A DNA stretch of 55,232 nucleotides from a virus. Lineage: Duplodnaviria > Caudoviricetes. Below are positions 37,398-46,317 of this stretch, piece by piece; positions within the stretch are counted from its first letter, which is position 1, and every line of letters begins with the position of its first letter. The stretch spans positions 1 to 55,232 of the IMG/VR virus record IMGVR_UViG_3300049472_000047. One strand, 5' to 3'. A program made the translations under genes and the position numbers. The notes beneath the pieces are model-generated. The model had not been told where the DNA came from. It saw nothing but the letters and a program-made list of their open reading frames with translations, and ran no database searches.

Positions 37398-37777
37398 TTC
37401 GCGCTCCTGATGATTTTGATTGCGTGTGGAAGGGCTTCATCGCCCCGTTCCGACCAGAGGCCCCAGAGGACACAGGCGAGCCGGTGCGGGTCTATTCCGG
37501 TGGCCTTCCAATAGGCCTTCTCGTTCATGCCGTGCTGGATGACGTGTTCCTTCTCGCACAGAGGGAGAACCCAGCGATCCGATGCCTTCTGCCCCTTGCC
37601 CCGGCCGAAGTGACCCCATTCCGGCGCGGCGAAGCTGAGATGCGCGGCTTGAACCGGCATGACCCCGGAGACGACACAGGGCAGGGCATGGATGAAGGTC
37701 ACGTAGGACTTGGCCTTGACCGGCGGCGCCTTGGGCGTCACCGGCCGTGCACCACGCAGTTGGTGCGCAATGCTCAT
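37394..37777 (-). CDS. HNH-like/DUF968 protein
   Basis: Y..FI..LPC..G, AAH, K.SD.W.LPLC..H..QH. Confidence 0.75.
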   Translation of the reverse strand: MSIAHQLRGARPVTPKAPPVKAKSYVTFIHALPCVVSGVMPVQAAHLSFAAPEWGHFGRGKGQKASDRWVLPLCEKEHVIQHGMNEKAYWKATGIDPHRLACVLWGLWSERGDEALPHAIKIIRSAK

Positions 37778-38379
37778 TCCGCGCCCGCCATGGGATAGAC
37801 ATCGGCAAGGGCGTGCAGGAGGTTAAGCCGTCTCTGCATCGCCTCGGGCAGCTCAACACCGAACACTTCCCGTTTCTTCAGGTCCGGAGCCAACTCGACC
37901 CAGACATGGTTCGCCAGGATATCAGCGGCGACCTCCGGGGTGACATCTTCGACCGGATTGATGACGGTCACAGGTTCGGCGCGATGACGACGCCGGAAGT
38001 CGTCATTGACCTTGCCGGCGCGGAGACCATCGGCCTTGTCGCGAGCCCGCCTGATGTACTCATGGACCTGATCGTTGGTCAGGTGGTTAGGAGTGATAGC
38101 ATCGTCGAGGATCGCCCTGCAGATCGCCGAATTCGTGATCCCCAGCGCGATAGCGTTTACCGAGGAGCGGGGCGGCAGCGCGGCAATGACTCGCTCCCAC
38201 TGGTCGCGAAATTCATTGATGATGGCGGCGCGCTCCGCCGGGTATTCCAGTTTCAAGCTCTCGGAATAGACGAGCTCGATTGGTGCGCTCAACCCGGCAA
38301 GAGCCTTCTTGAGGCCGCCCTTGGGGACGCCGAACTCCGCGGGGTCTCCCAAGTGCTGTTGTGCGTCGATGTGGTCCAT
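37774..38379 (-). CDS. Hypothetical protein
   Basis: RBS GAAAGGAG; coupled ORF. Confidence 0.6.
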   Translation of the reverse strand: MDHIDAQQHLGDPAEFGVPKGGLKKALAGLSAPIELVYSESLKLEYPAERAAIINEFRDQWERVIAALPPRSSVNAIALGITNSAICRAILDDAITPNHLTNDQVHEYIRRARDKADGLRAGKVNDDFRRRHRAEPVTVINPVEDVTPEVAADILANHVWVELAPDLKKREVFGVELPEAMQRRLNLLHALADVYPMAGAE

Positions 38380-38395
38380 AGCTTTCTCCTTTCAG

Positions 38396-39466
38396 CTATT
38401 CCGCGTCCACAAGGAACGCGAAGGGTTGCATTGCTTCCTCAATGGTCGACTGCCCGTTGACGGCCGTTAACACGGCCTTGAAGATCGCGGCGGCCGTTGC
38501 CACTGCCTCGGGCCGACAATCCTTGAAGCCTTCGAGCTTGAACACGTCGGATGCCCGCTTAACGGCTTTCTGGATCTCCGCGACCTCACCGCCGGCACCA
38601 AGCGCAGACGCCATCGTGCCCCAGTAGAGTCGAAGGGCCTCATGTTCCGCTGGGGTAAATTCAAGGGCAGGGGCGTCCGCCGGGGTCAAAGCGGACGCCC
38701 CCTGGTCCGTCGCAGGTTCGGCTGGTGCGACGGATGTCTCGAGAAGATCGCCGGTTGCGGCCGGTTCCTCGGATGAGTCGGGGGATGCCGGGCTGACACC
38801 CCCCTGTTCCGGCTGGCGGGAGGAGACCGCGCCGGAATCGATAATGGTTTGCTTCGGTGCGTAACGCTCCGCCATGGACGGCGTCACATCCCGCGCATTG
38901 TCGGGGCCGATGCCCTCGATCTCCTCGCGATCGTAGATGCCAAGGAGGACTTCGGGGACAAAACGCCGCGCCCATGACCGAACCGAATAGTAGCCAAGCT
39001 GCTGTTGCGGATCGGTCTGCCAGAGCGGCGAATTCTTGACCTTGATGTCCGCGATCCGCGGCGAGACATATTCCCGGACGGAGCCGTCTTTCAGGGTTGC
39101 GCGCACCACGCAGGTCAGGTCAGGGCCTGATCCGCGAAACTCGTATTCAGGCCGGCCCCTGATTCCCGCCCGGGTATGCACCACGGCCGCGATAAGCTGG
39201 GCTTCGTATGCCAGCCGATCATTGACGGAGTAGGATTTGTTGGCGACGCTGAAGGGATCCATCTCCCACTTCAGGGCTTGGATGCATATCGCCATGCAAA
39301 CCCCGGGCTGATCCCGGCAATGCTTTGGCAGGGCGATGCCGCCCTTGGCCATGACTTCCGCGAACCGGACCACTTCGGCCAGGGATTGCGGCGTGATCTG
39401 CATACCCGCGCCGGTGTCGGATATGCCGATTGTGTTGGTGGATGCTCTTTCGACTAGCTGATTCAT
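38396..39466 (-). CDS. recT: RecT-family single-strand annealing protein
   Basis: LPKH, C.AIC.QA.KW.MDPF.VA, YEAQL, NSPLW..DP.QQL.Y...R.WAR. Confidence 0.88.
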   Translation of the reverse strand: MNQLVERASTNTIGISDTGAGMQITPQSLAEVVRFAEVMAKGGIALPKHCRDQPGVCMAICIQALKWEMDPFSVANKSYSVNDRLAYEAQLIAAVVHTRAGIRGRPEYEFRGSGPDLTCVVRATLKDGSVREYVSPRIADIKVKNSPLWQTDPQQQLGYYSVRSWARRFVPEVLLGIYDREEIEGIGPDNARDVTPSMAERYAPKQTIIDSGAVSSRQPEQGGVSPASPDSSEEPAATGDLLETSVAPAEPATDQGASALTPADAPALEFTPAEHEALRLYWGTMASALGAGGEVAEIQKAVKRASDVFKLEGFKDCRPEAVATAAAIFKAVLTAVNGQSTIEEAMQPFAFLVDAE

Positions 39467-39483
39467 GTTGACCCCTTCTCGGT

Positions 39484-40554
39484 TCAAAACGTGATGGTGA
39501 CGGCCGGAATGGCCCCGGTTTCGATGGCTGCAATGATTGTCTTGGCCGTAGCCTCATCGATGCTGCTGTGCTTGCACAGGGCCGTAACGGCGGCGGCGCG
39601 CACGGCGATACGATGCTTCTGGTTTGCGGCGCGTCGTTCGGCCGCTCGGGCTTCGATCTCATCGGCGAGACGTTTGTCGGCCTCGATCTTTTCCTGCCGG
39701 GCGCGCTCTTGTTCCCGGGCCGCATCGGCGGCCTTGCGGGCGGCTTCCTCAGCCTCACGGACCTTGCGCTCCGCTTCGGCAATCTTGGCGGCGGCTTCGC
39801 GCTCCGCGGCGAGGCGAGCTTCTTCGGCAATGGCGGCTTCCCGGGCGGCCCGCCGCTCCAATTCATCAAGCTCGCGCTGGGCACGTTCGGCTTCGGCCTT
39901 GGCCTCTGCTTCCTTGCGTTCCCGCTCCGCCTCTGCAGCCCGGAGTCGTTCAAGCTCTGCCCGCTCCTCGTCGGCCTTGCGGATCCGGAGGATTGCGTCC
40001 TCAAGCGACGACACGCCGATTCGGAACAGCGCCATGGCGTTGTCGTAGCCATCCAGGAAAATCTTGGGGTCCGGTTCGTTCGCAAGGAGATCTTGAAGTC
40101 TGAGCCGGGCCGTGGCTTCGCTGCAGTCCATGGGAAGCACTGGCAGGTTCCGGATCAAGCGCAAGGTATCCTCGACGCGCTCCTGTCGGATCTCCTCCTG
40201 CTCCTCCCATTTCGTGACGGGCCGGCGGACCTGCTCCTTCAGGGCATCAAGGTATTCCCGCATTTCCATGCGTTCGCGGTTCACGGCGGCAATGATCTTG
40301 TTCGGTTCATCGACCAGCGCCTTGGCGGCCGCATCGAGTCCCGTCTTGGTCCGGGCGATCTTGTGCGCCACTGATCTGATGGCCGCCCGGTTTTTCTCGG
40401 TGCTGACATCGTCGCTCAGTTCTGCGATCTCAGCCTTGATCTTGTCGTAGATCTCGGCGAAGGCCTTGTTGATGCCGGCCGCGACCTCACCGGGCGCCGG
40501 GAGAACCGGCAGGTTAAGGACAAGGTCGGTGGTTTCGGTGTTGTGGATGTTCAT
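39484..40554 (-). CDS. Alanine/glutamate-rich coiled-coil protein
   Basis: DVST.K.R..I.S.A.K.AR.KT..D, VR.P.T.WE; ends IP.V.I.F. Confidence 0.7.
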   Translation of the reverse strand: MNIHNTETTDLVLNLPVLPAPGEVAAGINKAFAEIYDKIKAEIAELSDDVSTEKNRAAIRSVAHKIARTKTGLDAAAKALVDEPNKIIAAVNRERMEMREYLDALKEQVRRPVTKWEEQEEIRQERVEDTLRLIRNLPVLPMDCSEATARLRLQDLLANEPDPKIFLDGYDNAMALFRIGVSSLEDAILRIRKADEERAELERLRAAEAERERKEAEAKAEAERAQRELDELERRAAREAAIAEEARLAAEREAAAKIAEAERKVREAEEAARKAADAAREQERARQEKIEADKRLADEIEARAAERRAANQKHRIAVRAAAVTALCKHSSIDEATAKTIIAAIETGAIPAVTITF

Positions 40555-41465
40555 GCCGCGATCTCCTGTGCTTTGTAGGCGATGTCTGTTTCGATCCGGC
40601 CCCGCGCCCATGCCGGGATGCCGATCATTGAAATGGTCCGGGAAAAGCCTTCCTCGCCCGGCCATTCGCCGCGCTCGATGCAAAGCTCCAGCATCTGGAG
40701 TCCTTGCCGGACCTGCCGCTCACCGAGATCCATGGCCTCGTCGCTGATCTGGACGATGCGGACATCAAAGGGTGGGGTTTTCTCGACGAACACAAAAGCG
40801 AAACCGCCGAACTCCTCGCCGCGCACCGCACGGGAAACCATGCGGACCACAGCGGCTTGGATGTGATAACCGTAGTTGTAAATCGCCCGTTCCAGATCAT
40901 CGTAGCGGACCGAAACCGTGGTTTTCAGATCGCCATGATCATGGGATGCCTCGGGAACCGCATCGGGCCTCGCCCGAAGATAGATGTTGCCGAACTTGGC
41001 AACCATTGTGGTCTCAATGAGCCCGCGCAACAGCCCGGCTTGGATCACGGGATGGCTATCCAGCGATGCCTTGATGTGCTCGATGATCTTGAGATCTTGT
41101 GGAGTAATCACGGTCCGGCCGGCGGCGCGTTCGTCGTTGCGCCATTCCTGTGCGGCCTTGGTCCGGAAGTCGTCGTATGGCGACACCGCAAACTTGTCGA
41201 GGAACCCGGTGATACCTTCGAGGAGAAGATGATGGGCGGCCTTGCCGAAGTCGAGGGCCTTGGAGTCCGGCCGGTCGAATCGGTTCGGGTTGTAGGGGCT
41301 GTGCGCCCAGTACAAACTGGGGCGTTCAATGAGCGCCTTCAAACCGGAACTGGAAATCGACCAGCCCCCAAACAGCGAGGTATCCTTATGATATCGCTCG
41401 ATGTCGACGCCGCTATAGATCCCGGGTTCGGTGATCACGCCACCGGTGTATTGTGTGATGTTCAC
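40551..41465 (-). CDS. RecE/ExoVIII-like PD-(D/E)XK exonuclease (DUF3799)
   Basis: YH, ISSSGLK, FG.A.H, RARPD, DLKT, Y..QAA, F.FV.VEK.PP. Confidence 0.88.
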   Translation of the reverse strand: MNITQYTGGVITEPGIYSGVDIERYHKDTSLFGGWSISSSGLKALIERPSLYWAHSPYNPNRFDRPDSKALDFGKAAHHLLLEGITGFLDKFAVSPYDDFRTKAAQEWRNDERAAGRTVITPQDLKIIEHIKASLDSHPVIQAGLLRGLIETTMVAKFGNIYLRARPDAVPEASHDHGDLKTTVSVRYDDLERAIYNYGYHIQAAVVRMVSRAVRGEEFGGFAFVFVEKTPPFDVRIVQISDEAMDLGERQVRQGLQMLELCIERGEWPGEEGFSRTISMIGIPAWARGRIETDIAYKAQEIAA

Positions 41466-41540
41466 GCAAATGGTCCGTTGCTTGTGAGGATGAGAACGAT
41501 GCCGGCAACAACCAGCGCCAAGACGAAATAGACGGCGGGA

Positions 41541-41795
41541 TCAGACACCACGGGGCCGGTCCCGCTCCACGATCATGGCGTCGGCGGCTTCGTATGCCCG
41601 CCGCGCGAACATTCCCGCCATTGTCTCGCCTTCAAGCACTTCGAGCGGATTGCATTTTTGAATGCACACCGCCAAAGCCTGCCCTGCGAAATAGTCACGC
41701 AGAGTCATGCCGTATTCGGGATAGTGGTAGTGATCGTTGGGGCCGTTGCTTCCCGGCATAGGAAAAGCAGGTCCGCCGTTGTGTCCAATGGTCAT
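41541..41795 (-). CDS. Conserved phage hypothetical (GGPAFP/GMTLRDYFA family)
   Basis: GGPAFP, GMTLRDYFA, AY..ADAM. Confidence 0.8.
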   Translation of the reverse strand: MTIGHNGGPAFPMPGSNGPNDHYHYPEYGMTLRDYFAGQALAVCIQKCNPLEVLEGETMAGMFARRAYEAADAMIVERDRPRGV

Positions 41796-42052
41796 ATCGC
41801 GGACTCCTCTGCTGGAATGACTTGCTCGACGCTGACATCTGCGAACTGCCCGATGACGCAGAACCGGAGACCGGGATGGGCATAGGCGAGGCGCCGAGCC
41901 TCGAGCATTGCCGACTCTTGGGTCGGGTGCTCAAACGGGAAATTCGAGGGCCGGATCCGGCCGGTCCTGCGACCGCGCCGGAACACAAACCAGCCGCCTC
42001 CGACTTTTTCGCCGGCGCGATTCTTCTGGGGGGCCTTGATGTAATTTGTCAT
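41792..42052 (-). CDS. Hypothetical protein
   Basis: FEHPT.ESA..EA.RLA..HPG..F. Confidence 0.6.
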   Translation of the reverse strand: MTNYIKAPQKNRAGEKVGGGWFVFRRGRRTGRIRPSNFPFEHPTQESAMLEARRLAYAHPGLRFCVIGQFADVSVEQVIPAEESAI

Positions 42053-42342
42053 CAGGCGGCCCCCTCGAGAGCTTCGCGCTCCACGGTTAGCGCCACGGCG
42101 ACGTTCTCGCGCAGGGCGTTATGGAAGGGGTTTCCGACCGGGAGGATGTCCTGAAGCCGTTCCAGCTCCCGGACGATCTGCTCCCGCGTCATGCCGCGGT
42201 GATCGAAGTAGGAATTGAAGCGATCGAGATGCCATTCCCGGGCGGCTGCATAGTCCGCCTTCATCCGGCCAAACCGGATCGCCGCGGTCTGCTTCCCGCT
42301 CTCCTCGACATCCGCAAGCATGCGGTCCATTGCGCCTTCCAT
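42052..42342 (-). CDS. Hypothetical protein, first gene of leftward operon
   Basis: RBS GAGGGAG downstream of the leftward promoter. Confidence 0.6.
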   Translation of the reverse strand: MEGAMDRMLADVEESGKQTAAIRFGRMKADYAAAREWHLDRFNSYFDHRGMTREQIVRELERLQDILPVGNPFHNALRENVAVALTVEREALEGAA

Positions 42343-42372
42343 GACGACTCCCTCTGCAATTCGTTACGCATC

Positions 42373-42475
42373 AATATGCGGAATGCATAGAAGCCGTCAA
42401 GCCGTAAAATGCAACACGAATAAAAAATCGTGTTGACGACGGCCTGCGTTTCGGCAGATATATTCATATCGCATT
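42373..42475. promoter_or_regulatory. Divergent promoters with operator-like sites
   Basis: Leftward TTGACG (42400-42395)...CATATT; rightward TTGACG (42433-42438)...GATATA; WATKC-N5-GMATW sites at 42375, 42408, 42461. Confidence 0.6.
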
Positions 42476-42478
42476 GAC

Positions 42479-42690
42479 GCGGCGACGGGTGCAACTCCCG
42501 CCGGAACAGCCGCAGGCGCGCGGGGTCGAAAGTCCTACTGTGCCACCGGAAAATGAGGACGGATCGCCGAGAGGCATCCATGGGGCTCTACGCTACGGCC
42601 TGTCCGAAGTGTGAGGACTCCTGTGAGACTCCCCCAGCCTTCTTGGTTCATTCCAAGGGGGAGGGGGGTCTTATGGGGATACGCTGGCCG
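42479..42690 (+). ncRNA. Candidate multi-helix structured RNA upstream of HNH gene
   Basis: GCGGC/GCCGC domain with T-loop-like TGCAACT, GAGA tetraloop hairpin, long G.U-rich helix 42596-42690. Confidence 0.6.
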
Positions 42691-42726
42691 AACCGAGTGT
42701 GAAAACTGAAACAGGAAGGGATGTGA

Positions 42727-43197
42727 ATGAAGAAGAAGCACAGAGCATCACTTGAGGGTTCTGCGAATCGAAGAAACCTGATCAAGATTGCTCGACATCT
42801 CGGAATCGATCGCCCGACATTTCTCAAAAATGGCATGCTTATCAACGCTATATGTGAAGCGCGCGGAATCAAACTCGACGCCAGCAAGCGCGCGATTGGC
42901 CAAGTCATTGAATGGTTCCGGCTGAATGAGCCGGAGGTCTCCATGAAAAAACGCAAGGCCGATCCCAAGCCTGCCCTGCCTGCCACATACTCGGAAAAAC
43001 AGAGCTTTTACCAGTCATGGGATTGGCGCAAATTGCGCATGCAGGCGCTGAAAATGCACGGCCCGAGATGCCAGTGTTGCGGCGCCGGTAACAAGGACCG
43101 AACCACAAGCGGAGACCCCGTCAAGATTTGCGTCGACCATATCCAGCCGCTTGCGCTTCGCTGGGATCTGCGACTCGACATCAACAACCTCCAGATC
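42727..43197 (+). pseudogene. HNH endonuclease truncated mid-motif (reads on to 43506 into antisense cI)
   Basis: FYQSWDWRKLR..CQCCG..VDHIQP...NNLQI, but the expected CxxCN is missing. Confidence 0.7.
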
Positions 43198-43377
43198 AAC
43201 CTTGAATCGTTGCGCGTACAGCCGCGCGCTGCCGACGCGGAAACCGCGCTGGCCATTTTCGTGGCCTGCATAAGTCGGGTATGCGATCCCGAGTGCTTCG
43301 GCCGCAGCCAAGGCGGACTCGTAACCCGCTGTTTCCCTTGCGTATCTAAGGCGCTCAAACATTTCTTTCTGCATCAT
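43189..43377 (-). pseudogene. CI-like repressor, N-terminal HTH only (reads on to 43015 into antisense HNH)
   Basis: ERLRYARE.AG...AA..LGI...TY..HENG.R...YA..FKVDL XRE HTH, divergent from cro. Confidence 0.75.
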
Positions 43378-43397
43378 GGGACCAAACCACAAAATAT

Positions 43398-43440
43398 TAT
43401 TCATTTCGCATTGACAGAAAAATATGCGTTTGGCATAAGA
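43398..43440 (+). promoter_or_regulatory. PR-like promoter and operators
   Basis: TTGACA (43411)-N17-CATAAG; TATTC-N5-GCATT (43398) and TATGC-N5-GCATA (43423). Confidence 0.7.
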
Positions 43441-43445
43441 CGCAT

Positions 43446-43646
43446 ATGGCAAAACGATTCATTGATCCCATCACCATCGAAACCTTCCGCAAGGCCCACG
43501 GCATAACCCAAGCCGAGGCAGCGGTTCGTGTCGGTATCTCGCAACCACAGTGGCATCGCTGGGAAAAGAATGGCTGCAAAGGCCTCGGAGCGGCGACGCT
43601 CGAGAGGTACATGGCCGAGAACCCAGCCCCGGAAAATGTCCAGTAG
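43446..43646 (+). CDS. Cro-like HTH regulator
   Basis: FRKAHGITQAEAAVRVGISQPQWHRWE. Confidence 0.85.
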   Translation: MAKRFIDPITIETFRKAHGITQAEAAVRVGISQPQWHRWEKNGCKGLGAATLERYMAENPAPENVQ

Positions 43647-43648
43647 CC

Positions 43649-43975
43649 ATGCCGCGGCGGGGGGTTGATCCTGTAAAAGCCGAGAAGGCGCTGGAAGCTC
43701 ATGCCGCCGGCGCAAGCTACGACGAAATCAGGAAAATCCTTGGCTGTTCCATGCTGGCGACCTGCCAGTTCATCAAGGATCACGGCCTCAAACACCGGGA
43801 ACGCTTGCAGGCGAAGCCGGATGGTCCGGACGAAACGGAAGTGAAGGCTGAGGCGAGGCGGCAGTGGCTGTCTTTGCCGCCGGATACCCGGGATCTCACC
43901 GGTAGGCTTATGGGCGATCCGATCCCCGGACGCCGTGCACTGGATAAAATTAAACATCGGGATCCTCCTTTTTGA
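43649..43975 (+). CDS. HTH-like hypothetical protein
   Basis: GASYDEIRKILGCS; DTRDLTGRLMGDP.PGR. Confidence 0.55.
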   Translation: MPRRGVDPVKAEKALEAHAAGASYDEIRKILGCSMLATCQFIKDHGLKHRERLQAKPDGPDETEVKAEARRQWLSLPPDTRDLTGRLMGDPIPGRRALDKIKHRDPPF

Positions 43976-44067
43976 AAGACCCCCCTGTCCTGCATTTATT
44001 CACAATGAATAATATGTGCAAGGGGAACAGACGCGGAATGCATAGTGATTCGGAGGAACAAAACGAG

Positions 44068-44550
44068 ATGAATTGGCGAAAAATGGATCAGGTCGAACGC
44101 AGCGCCGCGATCCGGCAGCATTGCGATCCCGGGCATACCGCCGGTCAGATCGCCGATATCCTCAGTGCCCATGGCATGACGCATCACAGCCGGCACGCCG
44201 TCATGAGCCATATGAACCGGGCAATGGATGGCTGGTGGCGCGGCAAGAAGGCCGCCGGGAAGCCGCCGAGGCCACGGACGGCCACGGAGACGCATCGGCT
44301 CACTTCCATGGCGAGGCGGGCTTCAGCGCCCGGGATCAAGAATACACTCGCCACCGTGACATGGGGCGTCCACGGCGACCATCTCGGTTCCAGCCAATGC
44401 AAGTTCCCGCTTTGGCCGCATGACGCGGAACCCACGCATATGTACTGCGGCCAGATCCGCACGGAGCGCAGCCCCTACTGCCCCGGCCATCACCGGCTCT
44501 GCTACGAGCCCGTCCCTCCCAAAACCAAGCCCGAAAGGAAAGCAGCATGA
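44068..44550 (+). CDS. GcrA-like transcription regulator
   Basis: G.TAGQIA..L....SRHAV N-terminal HTH; C-terminal CKFP...YCG.....SPYC..H. Confidence 0.8.
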   Translation: MNWRKMDQVERSAAIRQHCDPGHTAGQIADILSAHGMTHHSRHAVMSHMNRAMDGWWRGKKAAGKPPRPRTATETHRLTSMARRASAPGIKNTLATVTWGVHGDHLGSSQCKFPLWPHDAEPTHMYCGQIRTERSPYCPGHHRLCYEPVPPKTKPERKAA

Positions 44551-44897
44551 ACGTGCATCAAGCAGACTTTGGCGACGGCGCCCCGCCGCCGGACCACAAC
44601 GAGATGACGGTGGAACGCGCCGCCGAAGCCGCCGCGGAAGTCATTGCGGAGATCGAGGCGGAGCAGGCCAAGGTCGACGAGATCATGGAGGCCGCAAAGG
44701 CCAAGGCCGCCAGCCATCGTGACAGCATCGCCGCCCTGAAGAAGCAGTGCAGGGACGAATACAACATCGAGGCAAAGGCGCTTGGAACCGTACTGGCAAA
44801 GCGCCGGCAGGAACGCCGGATGACGGCCCGTATCGCGGCACTGGAGCCTGATGCGAAGAAGCAGTTCGAGCAGATCGAGTTGCGGTTCGCTGAATGA
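44547..44897 (+). CDS. Coiled-coil protein, weakly GapR/DUF2312-like
   Basis: DSI..LK.....Y.IEAKAL..VL..RR pattern. Confidence 0.4.
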   Translation: MNVHQADFGDGAPPPDHNEMTVERAAEAAAEVIAEIEAEQAKVDEIMEAAKAKAASHRDSIAALKKQCRDEYNIEAKALGTVLAKRRQERRMTARIAALEPDAKKQFEQIELRFAE

Positions 44898-45517
44898 CAA
44901 GCACTGAATGGCCATTCGGTGATCTGGAGCCGCGCAGCTACGGCTGTATCTGCGCGGACCCTCCTTGGCTCTACAAGACTCACACTGAGCAGGTCGCGGA
45001 CCTAAGCCGTGGCGCGATGAAGCATTATTCTGTGATGGGGTTGAAGGACATTATTGCGCTCCCGGTGCGCGATCTTGCAGCCAAGGATTGTCACCTGTTT
45101 ATCTGGACAACGGGCCCACATCTCAAAGCCACATTCGATGTCATCAGGGCGTGGGGATTTGCCTACTCCGGCGTTGCCTTCACATGGGTCAAGCTGAAGC
45201 GCAGCCACAAGACAGATCAGTTACGGTTCCTGCCTAGCGCTGAATCGGACCTGCACGTCGGCCTTGGCTACACCACCCGGAAAAACGCTGAATTCTGCTT
45301 GCTGGCCCGGCGCGGCAATGCGCGACGAGTCGCAAAGGATGTCCGAGAAATTATCATGGCTCCGGTGCGGGAGCATTCAAGGAAGCCCGAGGAATTCAGG
45401 GACAGGGTCGAGCGATATGTCGGCCCAGATGTCCGGATCTGCGAACTGTTCGCTAGGTCGACGCGGGAAAACTGGGCGAGTTGGGGGAACGAAACCCAGA
45501 AATACGAGGCGGCATAG
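44894..45517 (+). CDS. MT-A70 family adenine methyltransferase
   Basis: ADPPW, HY..M, LFIWTT, WGF.Y, WVK, TRKNAE, HSRKP, ELFAR, WGNE. Confidence 0.92.
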   Translation: MTSTEWPFGDLEPRSYGCICADPPWLYKTHTEQVADLSRGAMKHYSVMGLKDIIALPVRDLAAKDCHLFIWTTGPHLKATFDVIRAWGFAYSGVAFTWVKLKRSHKTDQLRFLPSAESDLHVGLGYTTRKNAEFCLLARRGNARRVAKDVREIIMAPVREHSRKPEEFRDRVERYVGPDVRICELFARSTRENWASWGNETQKYEAA

Positions 45518-45648
45518 ATGGAGGAGATGGAGGAATTCTTGTTCGTCGTCGCCATAGTGCTCTCACTGGTGGTCTGCTTGATGACCGCGGTTAGACAGGA
45601 TCCATCGGGATTTGGTGGCGTCGATCAGCAACCTTTGGAGGCCCCGCT

Positions 45649-46317
45649 GTGACCCCGCGCCAAGTCCTGATGTCCGAGATCAGCAAGATCCTTGATTGGT
45701 ATGGCTTCACCTACGAGGAGGCCCGGAGTGCTCGCAGGGATCGCAAGATCGGCAGGGCAAGAGACCATGCGATCTGGCACGTCTGGAACACCCGGTACGA
45801 TCCGAGGCGCATGAGTCTGGTCAGGATTGGGGACTTGTTCAACAAGGACCATACCTCGATCCGCCTCGCCATCGGCCGGCATATGCAGCGCAACGGGATC
45901 GAGCACAGGTTTGTCGAGGAAGTCGAGATCTCGCGCGGCATCAAGCCGAGACGCGGCAGGCCCGGGTTTATCGACATCGCCGGCAAGAAATACGGGAGGC
46001 TCACCGCGGTTAAGCCATTGGGAAACAGCTTCTGGATCTGCCGCTGCGACTGTGGTGGCACCACTAAGGCAACCCGATGCGACATGGAGTCCGGGAATCG
46101 GAAGTCCTGCGGTTGCCTCGTCAAACAACCAATCGACATGGCCGGGAAGCGGGTAGGCCGGCTCACCGCGAAGCACTACGCCGGCAAGGGGCGATGGCTC
46201 TGCGTCTGTGATTGCGGGGCTACGTCTAAGCCATCCGGCAATGCATTGCGGCGCGGAGAGGTCAAGTCCTGCGGCTGCTACGCCAAAGAGCTTTACACGC
46301 AAAGGAAAGCGGCATGA
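45649..46317 (+). CDS. DnaA domain IV-like HTH fused to two CDCG...SCGC repeats
   Basis: RR...RAR..A.W.....MSL..IG..FNKDHTSI; two ID.AGK..GRLT..W.C.CDCG..SCGC units. Confidence 0.7.
   Translation: MTPRQVLMSEISKILDWYGFTYEEARSARRDRKIGRARDHAIWHVWNTRYDPRRMSLVRIGDLFNKDHTSIRLAIGRHMQRNGIEHRFVEEVEISRGIKPRRGRPGFIDIAGKKYGRLTAVKPLGNSFWICRCDCGGTTKATRCDMESGNRKSCGCLVKQPIDMAGKRVGRLTAKHYAGKGRWLCVCDCGATSKPSGNALRRGEVKSCGCYAKELYTQRKAA

Noticed and set aside
42479-43506. IscB/OMEGA call for the RNA plus HNH
   Set aside because: No PLMP, RuvC or bridge-helix motifs and no IS ends
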